A DNA stretch of 63,999 bases, the filler included, from Octopus bimaculoides (taxonomy: Eukaryota), in assembly GCF_001194135.2 (NCBI RefSeq). It is 10 parts of 9 records of this genome, joined end to end, with 100 filler letters (N's around TTAATTAATTAA, not from the genome) between each part and the next. Parts side by side here need not be neighbours in the genome. Positions count along the whole stretch, not along the records: positions 51,227 to 58,416 come from NC_068981.1; positions 58,517 to 60,847 come from NW_026295520.1; positions 60,948 to 63,999 come from NC_068987.1; 7 more parts are not named here. The stretch is one strand, 5' to 3'. Positions 51,560-63,864 of this stretch are shown here, one piece after another. The notes under the pieces are model-generated. The model was not told the origin of the DNA. It was given only the letters and a program-made list of their open reading frames with translations, and ran no database searches. The position numbers were made by a program, and so were the translations under genes. How positions within the stretch are numbered: the first letter of the stretch is position 1; every line of letters begins with the position of its first letter.

Positions 51560-53839
51560 TATATATATATATGTATATATACATATAATATGCACACACA
51601 CACATATATATAAATGTTTGCAGATACTTATAGGGCTTCTGCAGATTGTCACCAAAATGAAAAATAGGGACCTCATCATTGAGGCCAGGGATTTAATGGA
51701 GATATTAGATAACATTGTGAGGAATTTGCTGGCATTCATGTAAGGGATGAACTTGAGTTAGTAAGCCTAAAAAAGAGAATCATTTTAAACCCGAGGCGTA
51801 CAGACTTCAATTTATTTCATAAATTTCAAGATAAAAGGACAACTACCATTAATTTCAAATTCTAGTGAAAGCCCAGTTTCCTTCAAGTTGTGTAAGCCAT
51901 TCATTTTGACAACAATTAAAGAATTGTCAGTGATCTGAAGAAGCCCTTGCTTGCCTTCTTTGCATGCAAACAGGAAATTTGCAACTGGATCAAAATTGTA
52001 AATAGTATAAGTTTATATAAACACTCATACACACATGCACACACAGCTATCCTCTCATTTTAGCGAAAGGGTTCTAATATAAGAGAGACTTTGCAATATT
52101 TCTAGGAGGTCAAGAAAACAGCAGAGGCTTCTGAAGGGTTCAGTCCACTGCTATAAGTTATAGGAATTTTGATTGATGAGTAATCTGTCAGCTATGAGTC
52201 TTATGTACTTAGGATGAAGAGGACCAAACACTTATTAATAATTAATGCATGATAGTTTAATCGTGAAAATATACCAATTATATAGAGAGATTTGATTAAA
52301 AACAATTGAGTTAACATTTACATGAGATAAATATATAATAACTAATTTAATAGCTTATAAAATTAGGAGAGGTGTTTACAAATGATAATAAGTCTCTGTT
52401 TTTAATCATATCCAAAACAAGCCTTGAAAGAGCAAGTTTTACAAAAATTATTGCTTACAGTAATAATGAATAAAATCCCTTTAACAATAATTAGTATGCT
52501 GGTGGTAGCATAAATTCTTACTCAAAGTGTAGTGTTTAGAATAGATTAGAATTAAAAGACTTGCTGAAAGCTAAGCATATGAAGTTAATGTTGCCAGCAT
52601 TGAATGATTTGTCTTAATTATTATAAATGAATATTTGGCTCTTCATTTGTCTTCATCAGTAATGTATTCAGTCATCTATGGATTTTTTTCTATATCCAAA
52701 AAGCTCAGACTGAACAGATTTACTAATTTTTCTGCTGAAATTATTTTCTGTGTTATCTTGATTTGGGATCAGCAAAATATTCAAAATTTGCATAGACGTT
52801 TTCTTTTAATATGCAGAAATCAGTGATAAGTAGAATTAAATTTGTAGCTTCGCTTGATTTCTTTTGTGTTATAGTGCAAAGTCAAGGAGTCATTGCCCCA
52901 AACAATTGTATCCCTCTGAAGCTGAAGAGCTCTTGATCATTTTGAATTTAATTTCCATTTTCAATGTAAAATTTCTCACTGTTTTTCCCTGCAGCAGTTC
53001 TTAGAAAATCTTTATAGAGTCACAGCATATCAATCATATTTTGTTTCGAGCAAAACAATAAATCATTTGCATACACTCAGAAATCAGTCTTTCTAAATAA
53101 TTTGGACGATCATCTGTTTGTCAAAAGAACTTGTAACAAAGAAACTAGTTTCCTCCTCTTGGTTCAGAGTAAATCTAAAATTGATTCAAAACAAGAAACA
53201 AGAAGCTAATAACAGAAGGCAAAAATCTATTGCCCTTCTTGCATTTTTTTAAATTTAAATTTGAAAATGCTAATGACACAAGTGGAGAGCTGACAGAATA
53301 CTTTGTCATGCACACACTTCTGATGATCAAATATCAGTTAAAATTCTTCAAAAATTGACTTTGAATTTTAGCTACTGTTTGTGTAACAATGTAACATGAA
53401 TGCATTGAATTAGTTACACCTCCTCTCCTTATGAAATTGGCTTTAAAAACAAAAAAAAATCCTTCTTTTTCTCATATTTCAAGAGGTGACAATCATAAAT
53501 GAAATATAATTATATTTGATATTTATACATTTCATACATACCTGCCTGTGCAATACTACAATGCAGTAAAATCTCTTAACGAATTAATTGTAGTGATGCT
53601 GTATAATCCATTGGGTTGCTTTTAATACTTTATATAAATACACACATACACACACACGTGTGTATGTGTGTGGTGCATGTATGTATACAGAAATACATAC
53701 GTCTCTGAGCCTGATGAGTTAGGTCCCATGGACAAGCCTTAAGTTGTATAGACCCAAATCAAACTGTCACTAAATATTTAACTCCCACCAAATCTGCTGA
53801 GTGCCATTTTCTTTCATTGTCCCCCCACTCGTATATAAT

Positions 53840-54185
53840 CTTTTACTCTATTACGTGTTTCAGTCATTTGACTGTGGCCATGCTGGAGTACCGCATTTAG
53901 TCGAGCAAATCGACCCCTGGACTTATTCTTTGTAAGCCTAGTATTTATTCTATCGGTCTCTTTTGCTGAACCACTAAGTTACAGGGACCTAAACACACCA
54001 GCATCAGTTGTCAACCGATGTTGGGGGGACAAACACAGACACACAAACATACATACGCACATACATATATATATACATATATATGATGGGCTTCTTTCAG
54101 TTTCCGTCTACCAAATCCACTCACAAGGCTTTGGTTGGCCCGAGGCTATAGTAGAAGACACTTGCCCAAGGTGCCATGCAGTGGG
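53840..54185 (-). mobile_element. SINE family C (head truncated by gap)
   Basis: Near-identical to 48400-48740. Confidence 0.9.
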
Positions 54186-54574
54186 NNNNNNNNNNNNNNN
54201 NNNNNNNNNNNNNNNNNNNNNNNNNNNNNNNNNNNNNNNNNNNNNNNNNNNNNNNNNNNNNNNNNNNNNNNNNNNNNNNNNNNNNNNNNNNNNNNNNNNN
54301 NNNNNNNNNNNNNNNNNNNNNNNNNNNNNNNNNNNNNTATATATATATATATATATATAAATATATATTTATCATTTATTTGTTTCAGTCATTTGACTGC
54401 AGCCATGCTGGGGCACCATCTTGAGTGGGGTTTAGTAGGCAATCCACCCCAGGACTTACTTATTCTATCAATCCTTTTTTGCTGAATTGCTAAGTTACAG
54501 GGACCTAAATACACCAACACCAGTTGCCAAGTAGTAGTGGGGAACTAACACAGACACAAAGACATGCACAAAGA

Positions 54575-54830
54575 CTTGCTGTGTAGCATGGCTGTTCGCA
54601 CACACACGCAACATACAGTCTGCCTTTCACTCTGAGTGAGAGGCACTTTGTTACCAACGGAGGTAGGAGCTCTCTGAACTTTACCCAGCCTATTCTTATT
54701 CTAACAGCTATGCTCCCAGAGCATCCATCCCTGCTACTTACTTGGTCACCTAGGTAATGGGAGCTATCGACTACTTCTAGCTCTCCCCCCCCGGAATTTA
54801 TTTTCTGCACCTTCCACACACAAAAACTAT
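54575..54830 (-). mobile_element. RTE-clade LINE RT C-terminal fragment
   Basis: LEVVDSSHYLGDQVSSRDGCSGSIAVRIRIGWVKFRELLPPLVTKCLSLRVKGRLYVACV, matching RTE YLG...RI..GW.KFREL.P.L...KG.LY.ACV. Confidence 0.9.
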
Positions 54831-55462
54831 CTTACCTGTTAACATTCCTCTGATATTGCTATACCTCTTATGTGTCCATAGCTTGCACCGGGTACATCTT
54901 ACAGAGTTTCTACCTACATCTTCCCTACAGTTTGAGCAGGGCCATCTATAAAAATCCAAGAGTGAAGGAATGGAGAAGATAAAATCTGGGCTATATATGT
55001 TTCATAGTGAGCAGAACCTCATAAGTGGTAAACATCCAAGTGAGGTGTATACCACAGGTTACTACAGGGCAAGGGTATCTTGGCCTGAAACATATAAAAT
55101 ATATATAGCCAGGATTTTATCTACTCCATTTCTTAACTGATGGATTTTTATTCACATACCTGGCAAATCTAGTTGCCAACTGTGAAATATAATATAGTTT
55201 TTTTCAGCTTATCATCCTTCAATACAGGAAAATTTCACAACCTTCTACCCCAATAAACCAATATTATTCCTGAAAGTTGATTTTTTAAATATTTTCTATG
55301 GATTGCTTGAAGCTCATTTTCTTCCTTCCTACACTTTGATCCTTGGATATATAAATATTTTTATATAGGAAAAATTTCATTGTCACTAATTGTGACTGAG
55401 GGTGCTGAAGCACCTATGTTGCAAGAAATAAGAGTTAAGAACTCTTAATGCTGTAAGAAATC

Positions 55463-55945
55463 ATCATCATCATCGTTTAACGTCTGTTTTCCATGCTAGC
55501 ATGGGCTGGACGATTTGACTAAGTTCTGGAGAGCCAGCAGCTGCACCAGGCTCCAACCTGATCTGGCAATCTTTCTACAGCTGGATGCCCTTCCTAAAGC
55601 CAACCACTCCAAAAGTGTAGTGGGTACTTTTTACGTGCCACCAGCACAGGAGCCAGACAGGTGGGCCTGGCATCGATCACTTTCAAATAGCACTTTTTAC
55701 ATGCCACCGTCACAGGAGCTAGTCAGGGGGTACTGTCATCGGCCATGTTCAGATGGTGCTTTTCATGTGCCACCAGCATGAGACCCAGTCAGTGGGTACT
55801 GGCATCAGCCACATTCGGATGGTGCTTTTTACATGCCACCAGCATGGGAGCCAGTCAGGCGGACCTGGCATTGACCACGTTCGGATGGTGCTTATTACAT
55901 ACCACCAGCATGGGAGCCAGTCAGGGGGCACAGGCTACAGCTATG
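55463..55945 (-). mobile_element. RTE-type 3' tail repeat with internal ~60-bp tandem units
   Basis: CATCATCATCGTTTAACGTC...CAGCTGGATGCCC; units GATGGTGC..TT.ACAT.CCACCAGCATG.GA.CCAGTCAG repeated at ~55751, 55818, 55885. Confidence 0.8.
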
Positions 55946-56786
55946 ATATTGGTTTTACTAATGCTGTAAGAAGTGTACAGTATATATATNNNNNNNNNNN
56001 NNNNNNNNNNNNNNNNNNNNNNNNNNNNNNNNNNNNNNNNNNNNNNNNNNNNNNNNNNNNNNNNNNNNNNNNNNNNNNNNNNNNNNNNNNNNNNNNNNNN
56101 NNNNNNNNNNNNNNNNNNNNNNNNNNNNNNNNNNNNNNNNNNNNNNNNNNNNNNNNNNNNNNNNNNNNNNNNNNNNNNNNNNNNNNNNNNNNNNNNNNNN
56201 NNNNNNNNNNNNNNNNNNNNNNNNNNNNNNNNNNNNNNNNNNNNNNNNNNNNNNNNNNNNNNNNNNNNNNNNNNNNNNNNNNNNNNNNNNNNNNNNNNNN
56301 NNNNNNNNNNNNNNNNNNNNNNNNNNNNNNNNNNNNNNNNNNNNNNNNNNNNNNNNNNNNNNNNNNNNNNNNNNNNNNNNNNNNNNNNNNNNNNNNNNNN
56401 NNNNNNNNNNNNNNNNNNNNNNNNNNNNNNNNNNNNNNNNNNNNNNNNNNNNNNNNNNNNNNNNNNNNNNNNNNNNNNNNNNNNNNNNNNNNNNNNNNNN
56501 NNNNNNNNNNNNNNNNNNNNNNNNNNNNNNNNNNNNNNNNNNNNNNNNNNNNNNNNNNNNNNNNNNNNNNNNNNNNNNNNNNNNNNNNNNNNNNNNNNNN
56601 NNNNNNNNNNNNNNNNNNNNNNNNNNNNNNNNNNNNNNNNNNNNNNNNNNNNNNNNNNNNNNNNNNNNNNNNNNNNNNNNNNNNNNNNNNNNNNNNNNNN
56701 NNNNNNNNNNNNNNNNNNNNNNNNNNNNNNNNNNNNNNNNNNNNNNNNNNNNNNNNNNNNNNNNNNNNNNNNNNNNNNNNNNNNNG

Positions 56787-57365
56787 CTACTCCACTACTA
56801 ATAACGTTGGTAACATCATCTCATCCTTTAACAAGTTTAAATTGTACAAGTTCTACAATAATAAATCAAGCCACACTCCAAATAATAATGATAGTAATAA
56901 TACAGACCAGCAAATAACTAACTGCACATGCAGAGACAAAACTAAATGCAAATTTAACAATAAATGTAATTTAGAGAATGTGGTATATCAATGTGTAGTT
57001 ACTCCTAATGATTATAATAAAAAAAATAGGCACAGTTTAAACACGATTTACACCGGCCCAACCTCTAATAAAATCAAATATCGAGTGGCTCAACATATGC
57101 ACTCTTTTAAGAATAGCAACTTAATTAATTCCACTGGCCTTAGCAAATACATATGGGACCTTAAATCGAAAGAATAAAATACAATTTAAAATGGGAAATA
57201 GTTTGTAAGGCTAAATTTTACCGAACAGGCAGTAAATTCTGCTCCTTATGCACTAACGAGTTTAAAGAGATACTATTCACTAATAATAAAAAATTAATAA
57301 ATTCCGAAGACGATCGAAACATTAAATGTAGACATAAACTCAACTTTTTATATAATAAGTTTAAA
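56787..57365 (+). mobile_element. Penelope-like element C-terminus with GIY-YIG endonuclease
   Basis: NCTCRDKTKCKFNNKCNLENVVYQC...IYTGPTSNKIKYRVAQHMHSF...STGLSKYIWDLK*..KWEIV..FCSLCTNE...KCRHK. Confidence 0.93.
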
Positions 57366-58227
57366 TAATTTTTCACACAACTCTATGGTAATATCTGCTT
57401 AGTTATGACCTCGTAATAGAGTATAAATTCAGGTAGTGAGTTGCGATAGCCTTGTGTTTAATACTCCGCTAATAGATATACACTAACCTTAGTCTTATTA
57501 TACTTATTGTTATAAACCCTCAGCAGTAATTAGTCTTGCTAGTATGTAGGTCTTGATTACACATGGTTCGAGATATTAACTTTCTACTTGGAGAAGCTTT
57601 ATAGGTCCACCGTAATACTACCTTCCTTCATTTTTGTCATTTTTAGTTATTGTATATTTTACGTACCCTTAATTACTTTTACATATTTGTTCCCATCACT
57701 TATTTCACTATTTTTTTCTTCTAAAGTTTTACATAACAGCATAATAGTGTTTGATTCCAGGTCTACGCATTTACCTTATCCTCATTTCTTCTTAATTTTT
57801 CTTCCCTCTTCTCCTTCCACGCCATGCTGTCTTGTGCCACACGTGTTTTAGTTCTAAACGTTAGTTTGACATTTTTGATCACGTGGTTTGCGCCATTTTG
57901 TCACGTGATACACATAGTATATATTTCTTTGCTTTTGGATAGTACCTCAGTCAGCCAAGTTTCCTTAAGTCGTTCGTATTTTGAAGGTTTCACCGAAAGG
58001 TTCGTTGTTTTGCTTTGCGTGCTGTTGATATTGTTGTAAATTGTATTTCGCTTGTTCCCGTAAGGGCGACTTTGATATTATATTATTTGTACTGTGAACT
58101 GTGATCCTCCCCCTTCGGGGGAAGGAATTTTGTGCTCAAGTGAGCTGTGTTGGTGTTAAACCAAACGATTATCTCTCCGTTAGACGGAGTTGTGTTGTGT
58201 TAAAAAATTATTTAAAAAAAAAAGGAA

Positions 58228-58416
58228 ATGGCTTCTATGGAGGTCCAAAATAATATGAATTTTGCAGCGGCCGTTGGCGGTCGTGAAATAATTCAATTTA
58301 AAATTGAAGGAATACAGAAGTTTTACGGGATGATAACAGAAAAAGATGGTGAAGCTAAGATCTCACCTCCAAGCGAACTACAAAACAAAATAAAAGAACG
58401 AACAATTATCTACAAA
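58228..58416 (+). CDS. Open ORF start, probably retroelement ORF1/gag-like, truncated by gap
   Basis: ATG in AAATGG context, 63 codons open to the gap, NFAAAVGG resembles the S[YF]AAAV motif common in LINE ORF1; preceded by a hairpin-rich leader. Confidence 0.4.
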
Positions 58417-60649
58417 NNNNNNNNNNNNNNNNNNNNNNNNNNNNNNNNNNNNNNNNNNNNTTAATTAATTAANNNNNNNNNNNNNNNNNNNNNNNNNNNN
58501 NNNNNNNNNNNNNNNNAATAGAAAGAATCTTTAATAAAGCTGGATGGTATGAAGGCATAGGAGTAGTATTGAAGGTGTTGGCGGTGGTGGTTGTGGTGGT
58601 GGTGGTGGTGGTGGTGGTAGTGGTAGTGGTGGTGGTGGTAGTGATGGTGGCGTGGATGTTGTTGTTGGCGGTGGTTGTTTTTAGTTGATTAACGAGTTTG
58701 AAATACCCGAAAAATTCGCTAACACAAATGCTGTTCAGGTATTCATTTTTCTTTTTGTCCTCTTCCCTATTCTCCTGCGTATTCTTCATTATTATCATCA
58801 TCATCACCACCACCACCACCACCATCAACTTTTCTTCTTTCCCAGCTGTCTTTCTTTCTTTCTCCCTTCCTTCCTTTCTTTTCCCCTTCCTCCCTTCCTT
58901 CCTTCCTTTCTTTTCCCCTTCCTCCTTTCCTTCTTTCCTTTCTTTTCCCCTCCCTCCCTTTCTTTCTTTCTTTCTTTCTCGTTATGACTTTTCCCTTCCT
59001 ATCGTAGTTGTTCAGCTGCTTCCTGCTGTTTATTTGACTTCAACTAAAATCTCTCTCTTTCTGTCTCCCTCCACCCACCTTTTTCTCTTCCCCTCACACC
59101 TTCTGTCTTCTACACCCCACACTCTGCCTCTGTCTCTGTCTCTGTCTCTCTCTTATTTAAATATGAGCGAGTAAAAAGACCACGAATCCAGCTTCAATTT
59201 TAATCAAATCCAAGAAAACCAAACACCACTAAAAATAAAGAAACGACGGTGAACAGGAGTATAAATTTATCGTATTAACGCTATGAAGAAAAGGAAGTGA
59301 CACAGACGTTTCGGAGAATTATTCTTTCTCAAGACAGATAAAAGGAGAAGAGAATAAAGCATAAAAAGAATACTAAAAACAAAACAAAGAGCGTATTGAG
59401 AAGGATAACAGTGAAACGTGGTGGTTTCAAGCAGAGAAGAGCGAACTGGATGAGGAAAAATGGAAGGCTAACATCAAACAAGCGAGGTTGTGTATAAGGT
59501 AGGGGAAATTAAGTATATAGCGGATTATGTGAATGCAGGTGACATTGATGCTGAAAATTTGAATATGACGTAACAGGATGTAAATCCTTTAGGTAAAGAT
59601 ATAAACATATTTTTTGTCTGTTATATTTTACTTGATTAAGTCGTTGGATGCGGCCATGTTGGGGCACTACCTGGAAGGGTTTAGTCGAAGAGTACTTATT
59701 TATTTTTGTTAAGTCTTATATCGTTTTTGGTTTCCCAAATTGCTAAGTTATTTTTCAAAAGTCCTCTATTGTTTTCGTTTTGCCGAACCGCTAAGTTACG
59801 AGGGCGTAGACCAACAACGATTGTCAAGCAATTGTGGGGGACACATACACACAGAAAGACACTGGTATACATACATCCATCCATCCATACATACTTCCAT
59901 ACACATACATACGAACATACACACATACATACAGACAGACATACATATACACACAGGTACATACACATATGCATACATACCTACATAAATACATACATAC
60001 ACATTTATACATAAATACACACACATACATATATGCATACACACATGCACATACATACCTACAAGCATACATACACACACAGATACATACAGAAATACAT
60101 ACATATACACACACATACATATATTCATACACACACGCACATACAAACATACCTACATACATAAATACAACCATACAAATCTTCACACGTACAAACACAC
60201 ATACATTCCTACATACATATGGTCATACATTTACGCATACACACGCACTTCCATCCATCTATAGATGCATAAACAGATTGACCGCTTGCTTCTCTAGGAC
60301 TGGTGAAAATGATGTAGCCACCTTCGATGAGAATCCAATAAGATTCATAATTCAATCAAGAAACAGTTTAATTAATCCTGTTACATATATCATACTTTGA
60401 TGCTGAACGGACCGAGTCCCCTCCCCCCGTCATATTATGTTGTTTGGATTTGCAAATTAGCAACTCAAGATTGGCTGCGTATTTCTCTGTGATTGGTCCA
60501 ACTGACGGAGACACCTCTGATGAGAGTTCAATAAGATACGTTAACCCTGTTTATATAGGTACCATATAGCGTGCACACACACACACACACACACACAAAC
60601 TTAAGTGTGTGCATGTGTGTGTGACTGTATATATTCTTTTATTCTTTTA

Positions 60650-60847
60650 CTTGTATCAGTCTATTTGACTGTGGCCATGCTGGAGCACCGCCTCTTTTTA
60701 GTCGAGCTAATCGATTCCAGGACTTATTCTTTGTAAGCCTAGTACTTATTCTATCGGTCCCTTTTGTCGAACCGCTGAGTTACGGGGACGTAAACAAACC
60801 AGCATCGGTTGTCAAGCGATGTTGGGGGACAAACAGACATACACAGA
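60650..60847 (-). mobile_element. SINE family C, 3' part
   Basis: TTTGACTGTGGCCATGCTGGAGCACCGCC...CCGCTGAGTTACGGGGACGTAAAC. Confidence 0.88.
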
Positions 60848-61058
60848 NNNNNNNNNNNNNNNNNNNNNNNNNNNNNNNNNNNNNNNNNNNNTTAATTAAT
60901 TAANNNNNNNNNNNNNNNNNNNNNNNNNNNNNNNNNNNNNNNNNNNNGTGTGTGTGTTTGTGTGTGTATGTATGCAAGCATGTATATATGTAGGTATGAG
61001 TGTATATGTATATATGTGTGTGTGTATATATATATATATGTAGGTATATGTATGTAAT

Positions 61059-61101
<43 letters not shown>

Positions 61102-61229
61102 ATATATATATGTTCTCTCTATCACTTATGTTTTTGCTCTATGTTTTCACGGCCTTCATTAAGAGAAGACCAACAATAGCCATGGTTGTCTTTGTTATTT
61201 GTTTTTGTCTTTTTCCTGTAATATGCCAC

Positions 61230-61556
61230 CACCCACAGAAAAATGGGTTTTATAGGCATACGCCAGAAAACGGTATCAAAGATTGATAAATCTGTCGTAC
61301 TCTGGGATATTGTAATATACGTAAGGGAGAGTGATCAACATTGATTTGTCAAATATTGTCATCGAAGACCACCAGGAAAGGAAATTCTTCTTTATCAAAG
61401 ATACGACCTCCAGACGATGATAATGTATCTATATCCGTCACAGAAATGAAGAAATTGTAAAATACGAAGATCTAGAAATAGAAATATCCACAAAGTGAGA
61501 AATGAAAACTGAAACAATTCCTGTAATAAATGGTGCCCTAAGAATGATTAAACAAC
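61230..61556 (+). mobile_element. R4/Dong-like LINE RLE C-terminal fragment, decayed
   Basis: FYRHTPE...VVLWDI...KYEDLEIEIS...MKTETIPVINGALRMIK echoes WYEHTPE..LWD..KYKDLEIE..MW..KTETIP..GAL. Confidence 0.8.
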
Positions 61557-61762
61557 GTAAAATTGAAAAGTCAGGTATATCCGTTTCACGGTGATTTTTA
61601 GATTTGTGCAAATATCACTTAGTATCTCCTCACCGAGTCTTACTGACCCAGGGTTATAGAGCTTGCGCATCTCATCCAATGTGTGCGATGACCGCTTTTA
61701 ATGCGGCAGCAAATTTTAAAAGGTGATCGAAGTGAATAGAAAAATTATAAAATATATATATA

Positions 61763-62327
61763 TATTGTTTACAATAATATCAGTGGCATAGCATACGTAA
61801 AAAAAAACATACAGGTAAAAATTATTAACTTATAATGAAGAGTACTTCAGGTAGCACCAGCATGCTAAAATAGTAGTCAAAACGACTCAAAGCTACAAGT
61901 TTTCACTTTTACACAAAGATTAAGTCGGGGGAACGAGCAAAACACCAAGACACCGTATCCATGACGAAAAGAATGGAAAATTGAAAAGTCAGCCGTATCA
62001 CAATCATTTCGAACTTTGTGAAAATATCCCTTAGTATCTCCTCAGCGAGTCCAACTTGAGATACTAAGTGATGTTTTCACAAAGTTCGAAATTATTGTGA
62101 TACGACTGACTTTTCAATTTTCCATTCTTTTCATCGTGGATACGGAGTCTTGGTGTTTTGCATTTTGTGTAAAAGTGAAAAACTTGTAGCTTTGAGTCGT
62201 TTTGACAACTATTTTAGCATGTTAGTGCTACCTGTAGGACACTTCATTATTAATTAGTAATTTTTAGTTTTATTGTTTTTTACGCGTGCTATGCCACTGA
62301 TATTATTGTAAACAATAATATCCTTAA

Positions 62328-62328
<1 letters not shown>
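61763..62328. mobile_element. Foldback (long inverted repeat) element, arms 61763-62040 and 62058-62317, 17-nt loop
   Basis: Arms are reverse complements (CTTAGTATCTC/GAGATACTAAG at centre; TATTGTTTACAATAATATCAGTGGCATAGCA at ends); flanked by (TA)n. Confidence 0.93.
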
Positions 62329-62360
<32 letters not shown>

Positions 62361-62380
62361 ATATTATATTATATTATATT

Positions 62381-62411
<31 letters not shown>

Positions 62412-62898
62412 GATCCACTTCATTGGACAGTTTTGTTAGAATATNNNNNNNNNNNNNNNNNNNNNNNNNNNNNNNNNNNNNNNNNNNNNNNNNNNNNNNN
62501 NNNNNNNNNNNNNNNNNNNNNNNNNNNNNNNNNNNNNNNNNNNNNNNNNNNNNNNNNNNNNNNNNNNNNNNNNNNNNNNNNNNNNNNNNNNNNNNNNNNN
62601 NNNNNNNNNNNNNNNNNNNNNNNNNNNNNNNNNNNNNNNNNNNNNNNNNNNNNNNNNNNNNNNNNNNNNNNNNNNNNNNNNNNNNNNNNNNNNNNNNNNN
62701 NNNNNNNNNNNNNNNNNNNNNNNNNNNNNNNNNNNNNNNNNNNNNNNNNNNNNNNNNNNNNNNNNNNNNNNNNNNNNNNNNNNNNNNNNNNNNNNNNNNN
62801 NNNNNNNNNNNNNNNNNNNNNNNNNNNNNNNNNNNNNNNNNNNNNNNNNNNNNNNNNNNNNNNNNNNNNNNNNNNNNNNNNNNTATATATATATATAT

Positions 62899-63045
62899 GA
62901 ACGCACACTGAGTAACTGGTTGAATCAGCTCAGGTTATATGAAATTTCGTGGACGTGAAGAAACGCAACCAGCTCTTCAGACATATGGAGACTGTGTGTG
63001 ACTGTGCGTGCATGTGTGTGTGTGTATGTGTGTGTGTGTTTTATT

Positions 63046-63104
<59 letters not shown>

Positions 63105-63374
63105 CCATTTTTCCTTATTGCTGCCAGAGCGACAGAGGCCGTGTCATTACATAGACAAGATATAGTAAAAATTAAATCATTGGCGTTTATATAGAACTAA
63201 ATGGAGGTACAATGTGAGCGATATGAGAAAATCTTTAGAGAAGGATCATCCCCCGAGGGCAAACAATTAACTTCTCAGATCTAGAATTCTTTAATTTTAA
63301 AAACGTGTATTTCTTCACGTCCACGAAATTTTATATAACCTGAGGAGATTCAACCTGTTACTGAGTATGTGTTT
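62899..63374. mobile_element. MITE with ~65-bp TIRs in (TA)n
   Basis: 62899-62963 is the reverse complement of 63310-63374 with about 7 mismatches; (GT)n and (GATA)n inside. Confidence 0.85.
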
Positions 63375-63560
63375 ATATATATGTTTTCCGTAAAAAAAGT
63401 CCGTTTTTTTTTTGTGCTTTGTTTATGTTCCCGTTCCTTTTTTGACGTCCTGTACCCGGATATGCATCTATATTATACATGTAGATGTAGGTATATACAT
63501 ATATGTATGTATACATGTATATGCTCATATATCATTTGTATTATTATTATATATATATAT

Positions 63561-63690
63561 TTAAGGATATTATTGTTTACAATAATATCAGTGGTATAGC
63601 ATACGTAAAAAACAATATAAGTAAAAATTTTTAATTAATAATGAAGTGTCCCAGAGGGAGTACCAACATGCTAACATAGCTGTAAACATC
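63561..63690 (+). mobile_element. Third copy of the foldback terminus
   Basis: TTAAGGATATTATTGTTTACATAATATCAGTGG..GCATACGTAAAAAA...CATGCTAA matches rc of 62215-62328. Confidence 0.85.
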
Positions 63691-63864
63691 CTCTTAGCTG
63701 TAGTCACCAGTCTACAGGCGCATGCTCTGCATAGGCTCTTTAACTGGGCTGTGCTCACCGATTTCTTAGTGCCAAAGCAAATCTTTCAGAAAATCTTGAT
63801 AAAGACCATCTGGGAAAACATGTCTCCTAATTGACGTTTGAATTCTAACTGGCGGAAAATATGT

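Noticed and set aside
52620-53200. Coding-like minus-strand fragments
   Set aside because: Frames broken every 20-30 codons and no identifiable motif
59290-59345. Second hammerhead-like motif (minus strand ...TTGAGA...CCGAAACGTC)
   Set aside because: Core is not CUGANGA and stem I cannot be drawn; at most a decayed pLTR
10330-60903. Recurrent TTAATTAATTAA motif
   Set aside because: Artificial six-frame-stop linker inside N runs; not biological
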